Origin: Octopus bimaculoides
Lineage: Eukaryota
DNA length: 36,800 bases
Assembly (NCBI RefSeq): GCF_001194135.2
Contig: NC_068986.1
Coordinates: forward strand, 105,250,241 to 105,287,040
Reading direction: 5' to 3'
The first letter of the stretch is position 1; each line of letters begins with the position of its first letter. The notes beneath the pieces were generated by a model. That model was not told where the DNA came from and did no database searches. It saw only the letters and a list, made by a program, of their open reading frames with translations. Positions 1-11,525 of the stretch are shown here, piece by piece. The translations under genes were made by a program, and so were the position numbers.

Positions 1-39
<39 letters not shown>

Positions 40-292
40 TATGTATACATATATATATATACATACATATACATGCACACACACATATATACATACATAT
101 ACATACATACTCACATGCAAACACAGGCACGAACCTACACGTGTTTTTTGTATGTAATGTATATCTGTGGTGTTCAACATATTTGTTTGCAAGTGTATAC
201 ACACACACGCAAACACATACACGCACGAGCATTCGCACACACAAACGTACACACACATTCATTCACACACACACACACACACATATATCTAT
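1..292. repeat. Compound (TA)n/(TACA)n/(CA)n microsatellite
   Basis: Directly visible dinucleotide runs; explains ORFs 73..312 and 141..383. Confidence 0.95.
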
Positions 293-558
293 ATTGCGCT
301 TTTTATTTTTGATTTTTTTTGCAGTGTATATTTTAAACACTATTAGATTATCTGTGTTTATTTTCTTTTATTATAGGGCGTAGTCATCCACTTGTCAGTT
401 AGACGTGTATACAAATTCAACGATAGTCATAGCCAAGGAATACTTCGTTAATTCTATTTATTATTACATTGAGCACTCCGAAGTAGATTTGCTGTTTTTG
501 TACGAATTAAGACGTGATCTGGGACATATATTGGTATCTACTCATATTTTTTTATCCC

Positions 559-924
559 TTACTTGATTCAGTTAATCAGACTGCGGCCATGCTGGTGCAC
601 GCCTCGAGTAATTATTTTTTATAGTTAAACCTGACACTTATTCTATCAGTTTCATTTCCCGCACCGCTAAGTAATGGGGAATGTATACACACCAACACTG
701 TTGTCAAGCGGTGGTCGGAAGCAAACACAGACACAAACACACGCGCGCGCGCACACACATGCTCGACGGACGTCTTCCCGTTACCGTCTACCTCCTCCAC
801 TCACAAGACTTTCGTTGACTTAAGGTTATAGTAGAAGACAATTTCCAAGGTGCCACGCAGTGGGACTGAACTTAAAAACATGTGGTCTTGAAGCATATTT
901 TTACGACGTAGCTACGACTGCGCC
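559..924 (-). mobile_element. SINE family A, older diverged copy
   Basis: Reverse complement matches the family A layout: tRNA-like head (gtgggactgaac = B-box complement), ccaaggtgccacgcag, ttgtcaagcg, and tail gactgcggccatgctgg. Confidence 0.85.
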
Positions 925-941
925 TATATATATATACATAT

Positions 942-1640
942 NNNNNNNNNNNNNNNNNNNNNNNNNNNNNNNNNNNNNNNNNNNNNNNNNNNNNNNNNNN
1001 NNNNNNNNNNNNNNNNNNNNNNNNNNNNNNNNNNNNNNNNNNNNNNNNNNNNNNNNNNNNNNNNNNNNNNNNNNNNNNNNNNNNNNNNNNNNNNNNNNNN
1101 NNNNNNNNNNNNNNNNNNNNNNNNNNNNNNNNNNNNNNNNNNNNNNNNNNNNNNNNNNNNNNNNNNNNNNNNNNNNNNNNNNNNNNNNNNNNNNNNNNNN
1201 NNNNNNNNNNNNNNNNNNNNNNNNNNNNNNNNNNNNNNNNNNNNNNNNNNNNNNNNNNNNNNNNNNNNNNNNNNNNNNNNNNNNNNNNNNNNNNNNNNNN
1301 NNNNNNNNNNNNNNNNNNNNNNNNNNNNNNNNNNNNNNNNNNNNNNNNNNNNNNNNNNNNNNNNNNNNNNNNNNNNNNNNNNNNNNNNNNNNNNNNNNNN
1401 NNNNNNNNNNNNNNNNNNNNNNNNNNNNNNNNNNNNNNNNNNNNNNNNNNNNNNNNNNNNNNNNNNNNNNNNNNNNNNNNNNNNNNNNNNNNNNNNNNNN
1501 NNNNNNNNNNNNNNNNNNNNNNNNNNNNNNNNNNNNNNNNNNNNNNNNNNNNNNNNNNNNNNNNNNNNNNNNNNNNNNNNNNNNNNNNNNNNNNNNNNNN
1601 NNNNNNNNNNNNNNNNNNNNNNNNNNNNNNNNNNNNNNNT
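942..1640. other. Assembly gap (N run) flanked by (TA)n
   Basis: N characters. Confidence 1.
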
Positions 1641-1739
1641 ATATATATATACATGAAACAGATATGGATCTGCTCTTGCATCGAAATACGCTATGGATAA
1701 ACGGTGCAGAGAATATGCAAATAGATGCAATGACGAATC

Positions 1740-2290
1740 GTGTCGTGTACTGGTAATAAATTGTCAAACTGGTGGCACAACGTGAGGTAATCCAGTGCCA
1801 GTACTCAAACAAGACTGACTCAGTGAAGGAGATGAGCTAATGGGAGAGATTACAGGACCTGAGCACGTATCGCTACAGAGGTGTGAAAGATATAAAGAGA
1901 TAAACATATAGAAGATCCTGGAAAATTTAGCTTAGTACTACACCAGCTACCGAACTGGACAGACAGTACCAATGTCCCATCTTCTCGTTCGAGAATAAGG
2001 ACCTTGTACTCTAACAGCTTGAGCTTTAAGGAGCCACAACTATTCCACATTCTGCCAAATAACCTCAAAAACTTGCGAGGTGTAGATGTAGAGATCTTCA
2101 AAGAGCGTCTGGACAAATTTTTACCTGAGATACCAGACGAACCCATACCACAACAGGAGGCACAAAGAAAAGTAGCTCTCGGTCCTATTCGCTACGTCGG
2201 CGAAAAGAGTACAGAAAACAAAGCAAAACAAACTCAAGGCGGTGCTCAAATATGGCCTCAGCCTCTGGCTGAAAGCAGTGAAATATAAAG
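1740..2290 (+). mobile_element. CR1-group non-LTR retrotransposon, 3' fragment (RT C-terminal region plus 3' end), decayed
   Basis: Frameshifted translation gives EVIQ...KEMS*WERLQDLSTY/SLQRCERYKEINI*KILENL and NSLSFKEPQLFHILPNNLKNLRGVDVEIFKERLDKFLPEIPDEP. These resemble the CR1-type LSYWERLxxLxLYSLQRRRERY and FKxxLDxFLxxIPDEP motifs. Ends in AAGGCGGTGCTC...GGCTGAAAG. Confidence 0.8.
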
Positions 2291-2553
2291 CATATATACA
2301 AATATGCACAAGCATATTATTATCTATTTCTATACAATTATAATGCAATAATATTTATAGTGTACATACTACATATATACACATTTTGCTTTGTTTATAA
2401 ACACACACACACATACAAATACACGTACACACATGCACACACACGTACACCCATACACACACACATACACAAAACATATACATATAACGAGGAGGACAGA
2501 GAGATGGAAAGTGTGTGTTTGTTAAATAGATAGATAGATAGATATGTATATAT

Positions 2554-3425
2554 NNNNNNNNNNNNNNNNNNNNNNNNNNNNNNNNNNNNNNNNNNNNNNN
2601 NNNNNNNNNNNNNNNNNNNNNNNNNNNNNNNNNNNNNNNNNNNNNNNNNNNNNNNNNNNNNNNNNNNNNNNNNNNNNNNNNNNNNNNNNNNNNNNNNNNN
2701 NNNNNNNNNNNNNNNNNNNNNNNNNNNNNNNNNNNNNNNNNNNNNNNNNNNNNNNNNNNNNNNNNNNNNNNNNNNNNNNNNNNNNNNNNNNNNNNNNNNN
2801 NNNNNNNNNNNNNNNNNNNNNNNNNNNNNNNNNNNNNNNNNNNNNNNNNNNNNNNNNNNNNNNNNNNNNNNNNNNNNNNNNNNNNNNNNNNNNNNNNNNN
2901 NNNNNNNNNNNNNNNNNNNNNNNNNNNNNNNNNNNNNNNNNNNNNNNNNNNNNNNNNNNNNNNNNNNNNNNNNNNNNNNNNNNNNNNNNNNNNNNNNNNN
3001 NNNNNNNNNNNNNNNNNNNNNNNNNNNNNNNNNNNNNNNNNNNNNNNNNNNNNNNNNNNNNNNNNNNNNNNNNNNNNNNNNNNNNNNNNNNNNNNNNNNN
3101 NNNNNNNNNNNNNNNNNNNNNNNNNNNNNNNNNNNNNNNNNNNNNNNNNNNNNNNNNNNNNNNNNNNNNNNNNNNNNNNNNNNNNNNNNNNNNNNNNNNN
3201 NNNNNNNNNNNNNNNNNNNNNNNNNNNNNNNNNNNNNNNNNNNNNNNNNNNNNNNNNNNNNNNNNNNNNNNNNNNNNNNNNNNNNNNNNNNNNNNNNNNN
3301 NNNNNNNNNNNNNNNNNNNNNNNNNNNNNNNNNNNNNNNNNNNNNNNNNNNNNNNNNNNNNNNNNNNNNNNNNNNNNNNNNNNNNNNNNNNNNNNNNNNN
3401 NNNNNNNNNNNNNNNNNNNNNNNNN
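2554..3425. other. Assembly gap (N run) between (GATA)n/(TA)n and (TATC)n
   Basis: N characters; CA- and GATA-rich sequence at 2380-2553. Confidence 1.
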
Positions 3426-3782
3426 TATCAATCTATCTATTTGTCTGGCTGTATTTTTGCCTGTGTCTGTTTTTTTCGCTCTGTGTTTCTTACATTATAA
3501 TGCTCTTCTCCCTCCCTCCCTCCCTTCCTCCAACCGGTTTCATTCCTTCATTGAGTCATATATTTAATTTCATTGACCTTTTTCTATTATTGTCATTCTC
3601 CCCCCACCCTCTACCCCTTCGTCTCTTTGTCTTCTTTCCCCTTTCCTCTCCAATCTCCCTATCGAATAGAACCTTTGTCCTTTACCTCACTAACATATTA
3701 TTTGCCCTTTTCTTTAGTAGCCACGTTTGTTTTTACTCCACTATATGTGTATATTTTATATAAACACACAAACATACATACA

Positions 3783-4174
3783 TGTGTGGCAAGTAGCTTG
3801 CTTGCCAACCACATGGTTCCGGGTTCATTCCCACTGCGTGGCACCTTAGGCAAGTGTCTTTTACTATAGCCTCGGACCGACCAAAACCTTGTGAGTGGAT
3901 TTGGTAGGCGGAAACTGAAAGAAGCCTGTCGTATATATGTATATATATATGTATGTGTGTGCATATGTTTGTGTGTCTGTCTTTGTAGCCTAACATCGCT
4001 TCACAACCGATGGTGGTGTGTTTACGTCCCCGTATCCTAGCGGTTCGGCAAAAGAGACCAATAGAATAAGTACTAGGCTTACAAAGAATGAGTCCTGGGG
4101 TCGATTTGCTCGACTAAAGGCGGTGCTCCAGCATGGCCGCAGTCAACTGACTGAAACAAGTAAAAGAGTAAAAG
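3783..4174 (+). mobile_element. SINE family A, near full length
   Basis: B-box-like GGTTCATTCCC, GGCACCTTAGGCAAGTG, central GTGAGTGGATTTGGTAG...GAAAGAAGCC, internal (TA)/(TG) tract, tail GGCGGTGCTCCAGCATGGCCGCAG...AAAAGAGTAAAAG. Confidence 0.95.
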
Positions 4175-4739
4175 TGAATAAGAATATATACGTGTGTGCG
4201 TGTGTGTGTGTGTGAGTGTGTGTGTGCGTCACACATCAATACACACACTTTGGTAAACTATAGTGCTGAGATTTCGCTCCATCTCGGCTCCAAATTTCAC
4301 GATGTCATGCTAATCTTTTATCTAAAAGCTGTATAACAAAGTACAATATATATGAGAAATATTCTGAATTTGAAAACCCTTGGAGCACAGAAAAGTCTAA
4401 AATATGTTAAAATAAAGTTAAAATAGTTAAACATTTGGATATCCCAAGCAACTTTAAAACGAGGCGAAAAACAGAAAGAAACTAGGAGACAGATAAACCT
4501 GGAGTTGAGAGGACATTTCGTCGATGAGGTCGCAAATAACAAAACCATAGGAGGAATCTGATGAACCTGATAGCTGATCGAACGATTAATCGAACAGTAG
4601 ATTACTTACTTTTTTAAACGGTCAGGTTGTTGAGGAATGGAAACGTGAAATATCAGTGCGCGTGTGTTTTATTGACAGAATGATTGTCATAAGATGCACC
4701 GAAAAATATAAATCGCGACACTGGAATAGAAAATAACTA

Positions 4740-4912
4740 AAGTCAACGCATAAAATGCTAAGAAATAGAATAGGTGATGAAAAAATGGCCACCAACGTAT
4801 GCTTTGACTCCTGCATGATAATAAGCGAATGTCTGCTTTTTAATCTTCCCGAGCGCCACACAAATAGAGAGGGCTAATCATGATATAATGGTCGAACAGA
4901 TCTCTCCCAGTG
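4740..4912 (+). repeat. Left arm of 173-bp inverted repeat (partner 7016-7188)
   Basis: Reverse complement of 7016-7188 matches at 172/173 positions by eye (aataggtg vs aattggtg). Confidence 0.95.
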
Positions 4913-5153
4913 ATTTTGAGATGGAGATTAAATTGAGGTAGGGATTCAAGTGGCTGTGTTTCACTAATTTTCTTCAGAGATCTGTTCATTGATTGAGGGG
5001 GTGGGGGTGGCTTGCAGCCTTTAATAGATCTTCAGTGAGTGTAACTTTAAATTGCCTCAAAGTCTTGACGAATGGCGATATGGATTCAGGATCTGATATG
5101 ATTCTTGTTTCATTATAATGTTCCATTTTGAGGAAAATGAATATCCTTTCGTG

Positions 5154-5542
5154 TTTTACTCTTCTACTTGTTTCAGTCATTTCACTGTGGCCATGCTGGA
5201 GCACTGCCTTTAGTCGAGCAAATCGATCCCAGGACTTATTCTTTGTAAACTTAGTACTTATTCTATCAGCCTCTTTTTGCAAACCGCTAAGTTACGGGGA
5301 CGTAAACACACCAGCATCGGTTGTCAAGCGATGTTGGGAGGGACAAACACACACACTTATATATACATATACATATATACGACGGGCTTCTTTCATTTTC
5401 CGTCTACCAAATCCACTCATAAGGCTTTGGTCGGCCCGAGGCTATAGTAGAAGACACTTGCCCAAGTTACCACGCAGTGGGACTGAACCCGGAACCATGT
5501 GGTTGATGAGCAAGCTACTTACCAGAAAGCCACGCCTGCGCC
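5154..5542 (-). mobile_element. SINE family A, full length
   Basis: Reverse complement of the family A pattern from head (gcgcc at 5538-5542) to (AAAAGAGT)-type tail. Confidence 0.95.
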
Positions 5543-5924
5543 TTTCATTTTTCTAATATCTATAAAATGATATTTACTAAGAGATATTCACAACAAAATA
5601 ACAATGATAATACCAAAAATATACAAAGAATAGAATAAATATAAATACAACGATGCATACCACAATTAGCTGAACCTGACAATGTTTGTCACATTAATTC
5701 TTAGTTACTCCAGCATCTAACCCCTTTGTACACGAAAGTTCACTCTCTATTAAAATCTAATAAGCTCAATAATCATAGACAATAGCTTAGAAATAATCTC
5801 TAAAAGTCGATCATTTAATCCAAGGATCTTGAATTGAGTTATTCCTTCAAAACAGTATAACCAATGTGTCTTTCGATTTAAAGACGTATGGTTGAACTTC
5901 CAGTACTACTTTTGCAGACCAACG

Positions 5925-5954
5925 ATTCCGCGGACCCCTGGTTAGGAACCACTG
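5925..5954. mobile_element. hAT (Charlie-like) MITE terminus fragment
   Basis: GCGGACCCCTGGTTAGGAACCACTG followed by GTCTACAC resembles the GGTTGGGAACCACTG end and NTCTAGAN-like target of Charlie-type hATs; no matching left end found. Confidence 0.5.
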
Positions 5955-6518
5955 GTCTACACTATACATTTGTAGAGTACAAATTTAATATGCTTAAACA
6001 AGAATATTGTTGACACTGACTTGAAAGCTTCGGCCATTTAATCTTTCATTCGGCGATATTATGCTGTATCTGTCCCCTGCAATATTTTGTGAGGTCATTA
6101 TATTTACTGCCTGTTACCGATGATGTGCAGTGCAAGATTACTAATGTTTCTACAGTTGTTATGTGATTATTTTGCTGAAACGCGAGTATGCTCTATAAGG
6201 CATTGAATACCATAACCGTTTTCTTTTTAATTATCATTATTATTTCTATTATGTGGCTCCAGTTACGCTCACCAGCCTATCCCGGGGTTGATACCTTGCA
6301 TCGCACAACTCGGGTTACTGGAGTGAAGTGTGGCACATTCCGTAGAGCCTCATCTTTGGTTACGTGTCGCACATTACCGTGACTATATGGGGGCGGAGAT
6401 TAGAGAGTGTTTGTGTGTGTCTATGTATGTATATATATATATATACACGCTCCGGAATTGTAGGACATACTTCAATTTATTTTACAACTAATTGTAAAAA
6501 AACGGGTAATAAAGATGG

Positions 6519-6735
6519 TATTTCTTTATTAACCGCAGGGGGCTAAACAAGGACAGACAAAGGTATTAAGTCGATTACATCGACCCCAGTGTGTTAATGG
6601 TACTTAATTTATAGACCCCGAAAGAATGAAAGACAAAGTCGACCTCGGTAGAGTTTGAACTCCGAAGGTAACGGCAGACGAAATATCGTTAAGCATTCCG
6701 CCCGGCGTGCTAACGTTTCTGCCAGCTCACCGCCC
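6519..6735 (-). mobile_element. SINE family B (tail type B1)
   Basis: Reverse complement of head GGCG..GAGCTGGCAGAAACGTTAGCAC, body CTTTCATTCTTTCGGGGTC..AAGTACC, tail ending AATAAAGAAATA. Confidence 0.9.
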
Positions 6736-7015
6736 TAGCTGCGCTTCAGTCTTAAAGAGGTTAAGGTGTTATAAGATGTGTCTCTATGACAGTAATATCG
6801 ATCTTTACTGAAGATTAAATTTCATTAATTGTATTAAAACGTTGGGTTACGAACTCGGAAGGACGACAGAGAAAATTCGTTGCGGTATTTAGATATAAGA
6901 GTTAAGGCTTTGAATTTAAATAGGGTTGAAATCGTGATCGATTCAAATCCTTCCAGCGTTGCAAAACTAAATACCTGTAATGTGTTGAGTAACAACGCAA
7001 TCGACTATATTCCTC

Positions 7016-7188
7016 CACTGGGAGAGATCTGTTCGACCATTATATCATGATTAGCCCTCTCTATTTGTGTGGCGCTCGGGAAGATTAAAAAGCAGACATT
7101 CGCTTATTATCATGCAGGAGTCAAAGCATACGTTGGTGGCCATTTTTTCATCACCAATTCTATTTCTTAGCATTTTATGCGTTGACTT
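7016..7188 (-). repeat. Right arm of 173-bp inverted repeat (partner 4740-4912)
   Basis: Reverse complement of the left arm with one mismatch. Confidence 0.95.
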
Positions 7189-7286
7189 GTTTTAAAATAA
7201 AAAAAAACATTAATTGCATTTCGCCCCGTGTCAGATAATTCTCCATAAACCAGTCACTTCGAAGTTCAAGAATAATCTTTTCTTAC

Positions 7287-7681
7287 TATGGGAGCGGCTG
7301 TGTGGTAAGTAGCTTGCTTACCAACCACATGATTCTGGGTTCAGTCCCACTGCGTGGCACCTTGGGCAAGTGTTTTCTACTATAGTCTCGGGCTGACCAA
7401 AGCCTTGTGAGTGGATTTGGTAGACGGAAACTGAAAGAAGCCCGTCGTATATATGTATATGTATATATACATGTGTGTGTTTGTGTGTCTGTGTTTGTCC
7501 CCCCGACATCGCTTGACAACCGATGGTGGTGTGTTTACGTCCCCGTAACTTAGCGGTTCGGCAAAAGATTCGATAGAATAAGTACTAGGCTTACAAAGAA
7601 TAAGGCCTGGGGTCGATTTGCTCGACTAAAGGCGGTGCTCCAGCATCGCCGCAGTCAAATGACTGAAACAAATAAAAGAGT
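7287..7681 (+). mobile_element. SINE family A, full length
   Basis: A-box-like GGCTGTGTGGT, B-box-like GGTTCAGTCCC, complete body and tail. Confidence 0.95.
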
Positions 7682-7888
7682 ATGGGCACAAGGCCTAGAA
7701 TTTGTTGGGAGGGTGGGTCGTCGATTACATCGACTGCAGTACTTGACTGGCACTTAATTTATCGATCTCGAAAGGATAAGAGGCAAATTCGACCTCCGCG
7801 GAATTTGAACTTAGAACGTAGCGGCAGACGAAATACCACTCAGCATTTCGCCCAGCGCGCTAATGATTCTGCCAGCTCACCACCTTAG
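7682..7888 (-). mobile_element. SINE family B (tail type B2), abutting the SINE A tail
   Basis: ggcacaaggcctagaattt (B2 tail complement) through ctgccagctcaccacc (head complement). Confidence 0.9.
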
Positions 7889-9939
7889 CAATACAAGAAT
7901 CTTCAGCTAGTAGTCACAGCATACACGCTTCCGTCGTGTCATCCATTAGGAATTTGCTATGAATTGCATTAAAATTATTTTCGGTTTGTCAAACTTGCTT
8001 CTGGTCTCTCACAATCAATGATGTTTGACTCCCATAACTGAATCGAGAAATAAATGAAAGATTTAGTCTAGACACGAAACGATAGCAATTTTCCATATCC
8101 TATTAGCTAAAACGCCCACCTGTTAGTCGGTGTCACCTTCAGGTTTAGTATGACCACTAGACTTATATTCCCCCGAGGCTGTTCACAATGTGAGATAAGT
8201 GTGCGTGTAGTCAATGCCCACGCTGAAGTTAAACTGAGCCATCAAATATTTTATTAACATGCATGGTTATATTTACAGATGTACATTGAATAGATTAATG
8301 GATCAATATTTAATTAACACAACGAGTAGGAATCTTCTGTATATAATTTGCTGAATAATATATCGAAGAGAGCGTAAGTAAATAAATCATTGTATATAAT
8401 AAATATGTGTTAGAGGATACTTCATGTAAAGAGGTATGTGTCGTTTGTCTACTACGACATAATCACGTGAGTTGAAAGTGAAAGAGCACCGAGAGAGAAC
8501 AATGTGTTTAGATAGGCGAAATAGATTCTCTTGAATGGCTTAGAGGCTATCTGGTCAGAGGTTGAATTTGCCAGGAGAATTGGTGAGAAGACTAGCAAAT
8601 GGGTAAAAGGCTAACATGACCCGTATAAAGCTGAGATACTTCAATTCAGTTGCCTATTCGTTTGTCAGTCCTCTAGTTCTAGAATCTTCCACAGAATATT
8701 TCACAGGAAGATTTCAGGACCTCAATCCATCTGATTTGCTGAACTACAATCATGTGAGCTTAATCTTTTTTATGGCAGCCGAAGTCCATGACTCAACCAG
8801 GGTCTCGCTATATTGTTTTCAGTTCTTTAGATATGGTTCACTGCTGATACTTTGTCTAGCATTCACTGTAGCGCTCTCTCAAGCTAAATATATCACGCTT
8901 ATTGGTATTTCTCTAATTTAAATCATCATTTTCATATATAAACGTTAATCAATGTAAGAATCATATTTTAAGTAAAAACAATTCTACCACCTCTACTGAA
9001 CGCTTTTCATCTACTGCTTCTGTGCTTTTAAGCACAATATGTCTATATCAGAAGCTTTCTCAAGACGAATGGTGTAGTGTTACGGTTTTTGATTCTATAT
9101 TCATGTTAACTACTAAGATTTGCACATTGCTTTTCTTCTACGCAACAATTTTGACCCTGGGTAAAAGGAATTTTCCTGAAGGCACATCTTTTGCAAAGGG
9201 AGGTACAAACAACGTGAATTGTTTTCTTCTGATAATTTTGTATAAGCAAGACAAGATATTGCTGCAAATTTTCTCAGTAGAAATCATAAGATATGAGCGA
9301 TGGCTGCTGCTGCTGTTCTTAGATTCAAGTCCAGCCCGACCTAGATCCGCCATGATGAAAAGTAGTCCAGTTATGACATATCGTCGATTGAGAAGTACAT
9401 TGGACTACACTATTCTAAGTTTCGTTTCCTCATATTAAGTTATGGTCGAGAGATATCTTAGCATTATTTTTAGAAGGATCAGCTACCTAGTATCGTTACA
9501 TTTGTTCGCTCTCATATGAAATACATAACAGAAGTAACGCTAATAGTTTTTATGTAAAAACTTTGATAAGAGTAGAAGACTTTCAGTGGAAAGCGAAACC
9601 TGGTTGGCCGTCGCTTAAAGGATAACGTTTAGTCGTGACACGGCATCCCACCTACAGACCACTTAAATATAATTACAAGTTTCTAATTAGTTTAACAGAT
9701 AATAATTATATTAGTGAGGCAATCCTGATAGAGGGGTGATGACTGTGATAAAAATTATCTAAAGTGGAAGACGTAAGTGGGGTAGTTTAGTTGTGTTCTC
9801 GTACAGGCTTAAATATGTAGAAGATAAGGATTGTTGGCAGATCTTATATGCTGAAAACACATCTCTGAATAAAGAGTAAGGCAAACAATAAACAAATAAA
9901 CATCACGGCATTAAGTGAGTTCATATATATATATATACA

Positions 9940-10790
9940 NNNNNNNNNNNNNNNNNNNNNNNNNNNNNNNNNNNNNNNNNNNNNNNNNNNNNNNNNNNNN
10001 NNNNNNNNNNNNNNNNNNNNNNNNNNNNNNNNNNNNNNNNNNNNNNNNNNNNNNNNNNNNNNNNNNNNNNNNNNNNNNNNNNNNNNNNNNNNNNNNNNNN
10101 NNNNNNNNNNNNNNNNNNNNNNNNNNNNNNNNNNNNNNNNNNNNNNNNNNNNNNNNNNNNNNNNNNNNNNNNNNNNNNNNNNNNNNNNNNNNNNNNNNNN
10201 NNNNNNNNNNNNNNNNNNNNNNNNNNNNNNNNNNNNNNNNNNNNNNNNNNNNNNNNNNNNNNNNNNNNNNNNNNNNNNNNNNNNNNNNNNNNNNNNNNNN
10301 NNNNNNNNNNNNNNNNNNNNNNNNNNNNNNNNNNNNNNNNNNNNNNNNNNNNNNNNNNNNNNNNNNNNNNNNNNNNNNNNNNNNNNNNNNNNNNNNNNNN
10401 NNNNNNNNNNNNNNNNNNNNNNNNNNNNNNNNNNNNNNNNNNNNNNNNNNNNNNNNNNNNNNNNNNNNNNNNNNNNNNNNNNNNNNNNNNNNNNNNNNNN
10501 NNNNNNNNNNNNNNNNNNNNNNNNNNNNNNNNNNNNNNNNNNNNNNNNNNNNNNNNNNNNNNNNNNNNNNNNNNNNNNNNNNNNNNNNNNNNNNNNNNNN
10601 NNNNNNNNNNNNNNNNNNNNNNNNNNNNNNNNNNNNNNNNNNNNNNNNNNNNNNNNNNNNNNNNNNNNNNNNNNNNNNNNNNNNNNNNNNNNNNNNNNNN
10701 NNNNNNNNNNNNNNNNNNNNNNNNNNNNNNNNNNNNNNNNNNNNNNNNNNNNNNNNNNNNNNNNNNNNNNNNNNNNNNNNNNNNNNNNNN
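9940..10790. other. Assembly gap (N run) flanked by (TA)n
   Basis: N characters. Confidence 1.
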
Positions 10791-10883
10791 TATGTGTGTA
10801 TATATATATATATCTATAAATATATATATATATATATATTCTGTTTTTACCTCTTGCTCTACATTTGTATGAAACCCTTTGTG

Positions 10884-11012
10884 AATCTCTGAAGAGGCCT
10901 AGCGGTTCGGGCATGTAACCCCATTTCAAAATGTCATCCGATAATCACTCCGGAAAGGAATATTCGGATAGAATGGGGCTTGCTAAAACTATGCCGAAAC
11001 AGCTGTAAGATT
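10884..11012 (+). ncRNA. Type I hammerhead ribozyme motif (minimal helix III, long helix II); probable Penelope-like element or retrozyme remnant
   Basis: Helix I AATCT (10884-10888)/AGATT (11008-11012); core CTGAAGA (10889-10895); helix II closed by GGC (10896-10898)/GCC (10993-10995); GAAA (10996-10999); helix III A-C-[AGCT]-G-T; GUA cleavage triplet (11005-11007). Confidence 0.8.
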
Positions 11013-11525
11013 AAACTTCTGTTCATCCTCTAATTCCTTATGTACTTTGTACTTCTATATGTAAACCAGGTTGGCAAAATAACATAGTCTGCCATGAACA
11101 CCTGTGCTTTGGTTCTTTCTTTCTTTTCCTTTTCTTTTCCTTTTCTTTCTTTTTTCTTTCTTTTTATTGTCACTTTTGCTATGAATTAAATTAATGAATT
11201 CAACAAGATACACCGTCTGCAAGTAGTTGGGTTCAGCATATTATCCTCCATTTTCTAATTGTTATATATATATTCATATATCACACACATATATGTATGC
11301 AATTATACATATGTATACACACAAGCCACAAACACATACGCATATCCGTGTGTGTGTATTTGTGTACAGGAACAAAGATACTTGGTCGTTGCTATCAACG
11401 TTTCCCAAAACAAACGGTTTATATTGCAAAATGGTAGCTCGAGAAATTGCTTGATATAAATTCATGAATCTCTAAAATGGAGTTAATAACAGCAGTGAAC
11501 CAGTGTTCAAGTGTCCGAGAACATA

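Noticed and set aside
4950-4982. Minus-strand CTGAAGA-AAATTAGT-GAAA-CACAGCC
   Set aside because: No helix II pairing, no U at the 16.1 position and no helix I.
4986-5282. 98-aa minus-strand ORF as a possible exon
   Set aside because: The first half is SINE A sequence; the remainder has no recognisable homology or splice support.
5128-5556. Recurring peptide HLPKVPRSGTEP..MWL in several ORFs, suggesting a protein family
   Set aside because: It is the antisense translation of SINE A at each locus; frames and stops vary between copies.
6256-6325. Imperfect hairpin CTCCAGTTAC...GTTACTGGAG with inner CCGGGGTTG/CAACTCGGG
   Set aside because: Short arms and a 14-nt asymmetric bulge; no second copy or family assignment.
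8560-9440. Microsatellite-free stretch with 101-aa and 138-aa ORFs; minus-strand DIDILCL resembles a LINE endonuclease motif
   Set aside because: No recognisable domain or splice pattern, many stops, and only one short motif; needs TBLASTX to decide.
9563-9605. TTGATAA...CTTTC/GAAAG hairpin...CGAAACCTGGTT as a hammerhead
   Set aside because: Two core mismatches, unpaired base of helix II and only a 2-bp helix I; not distinguishable from chance.
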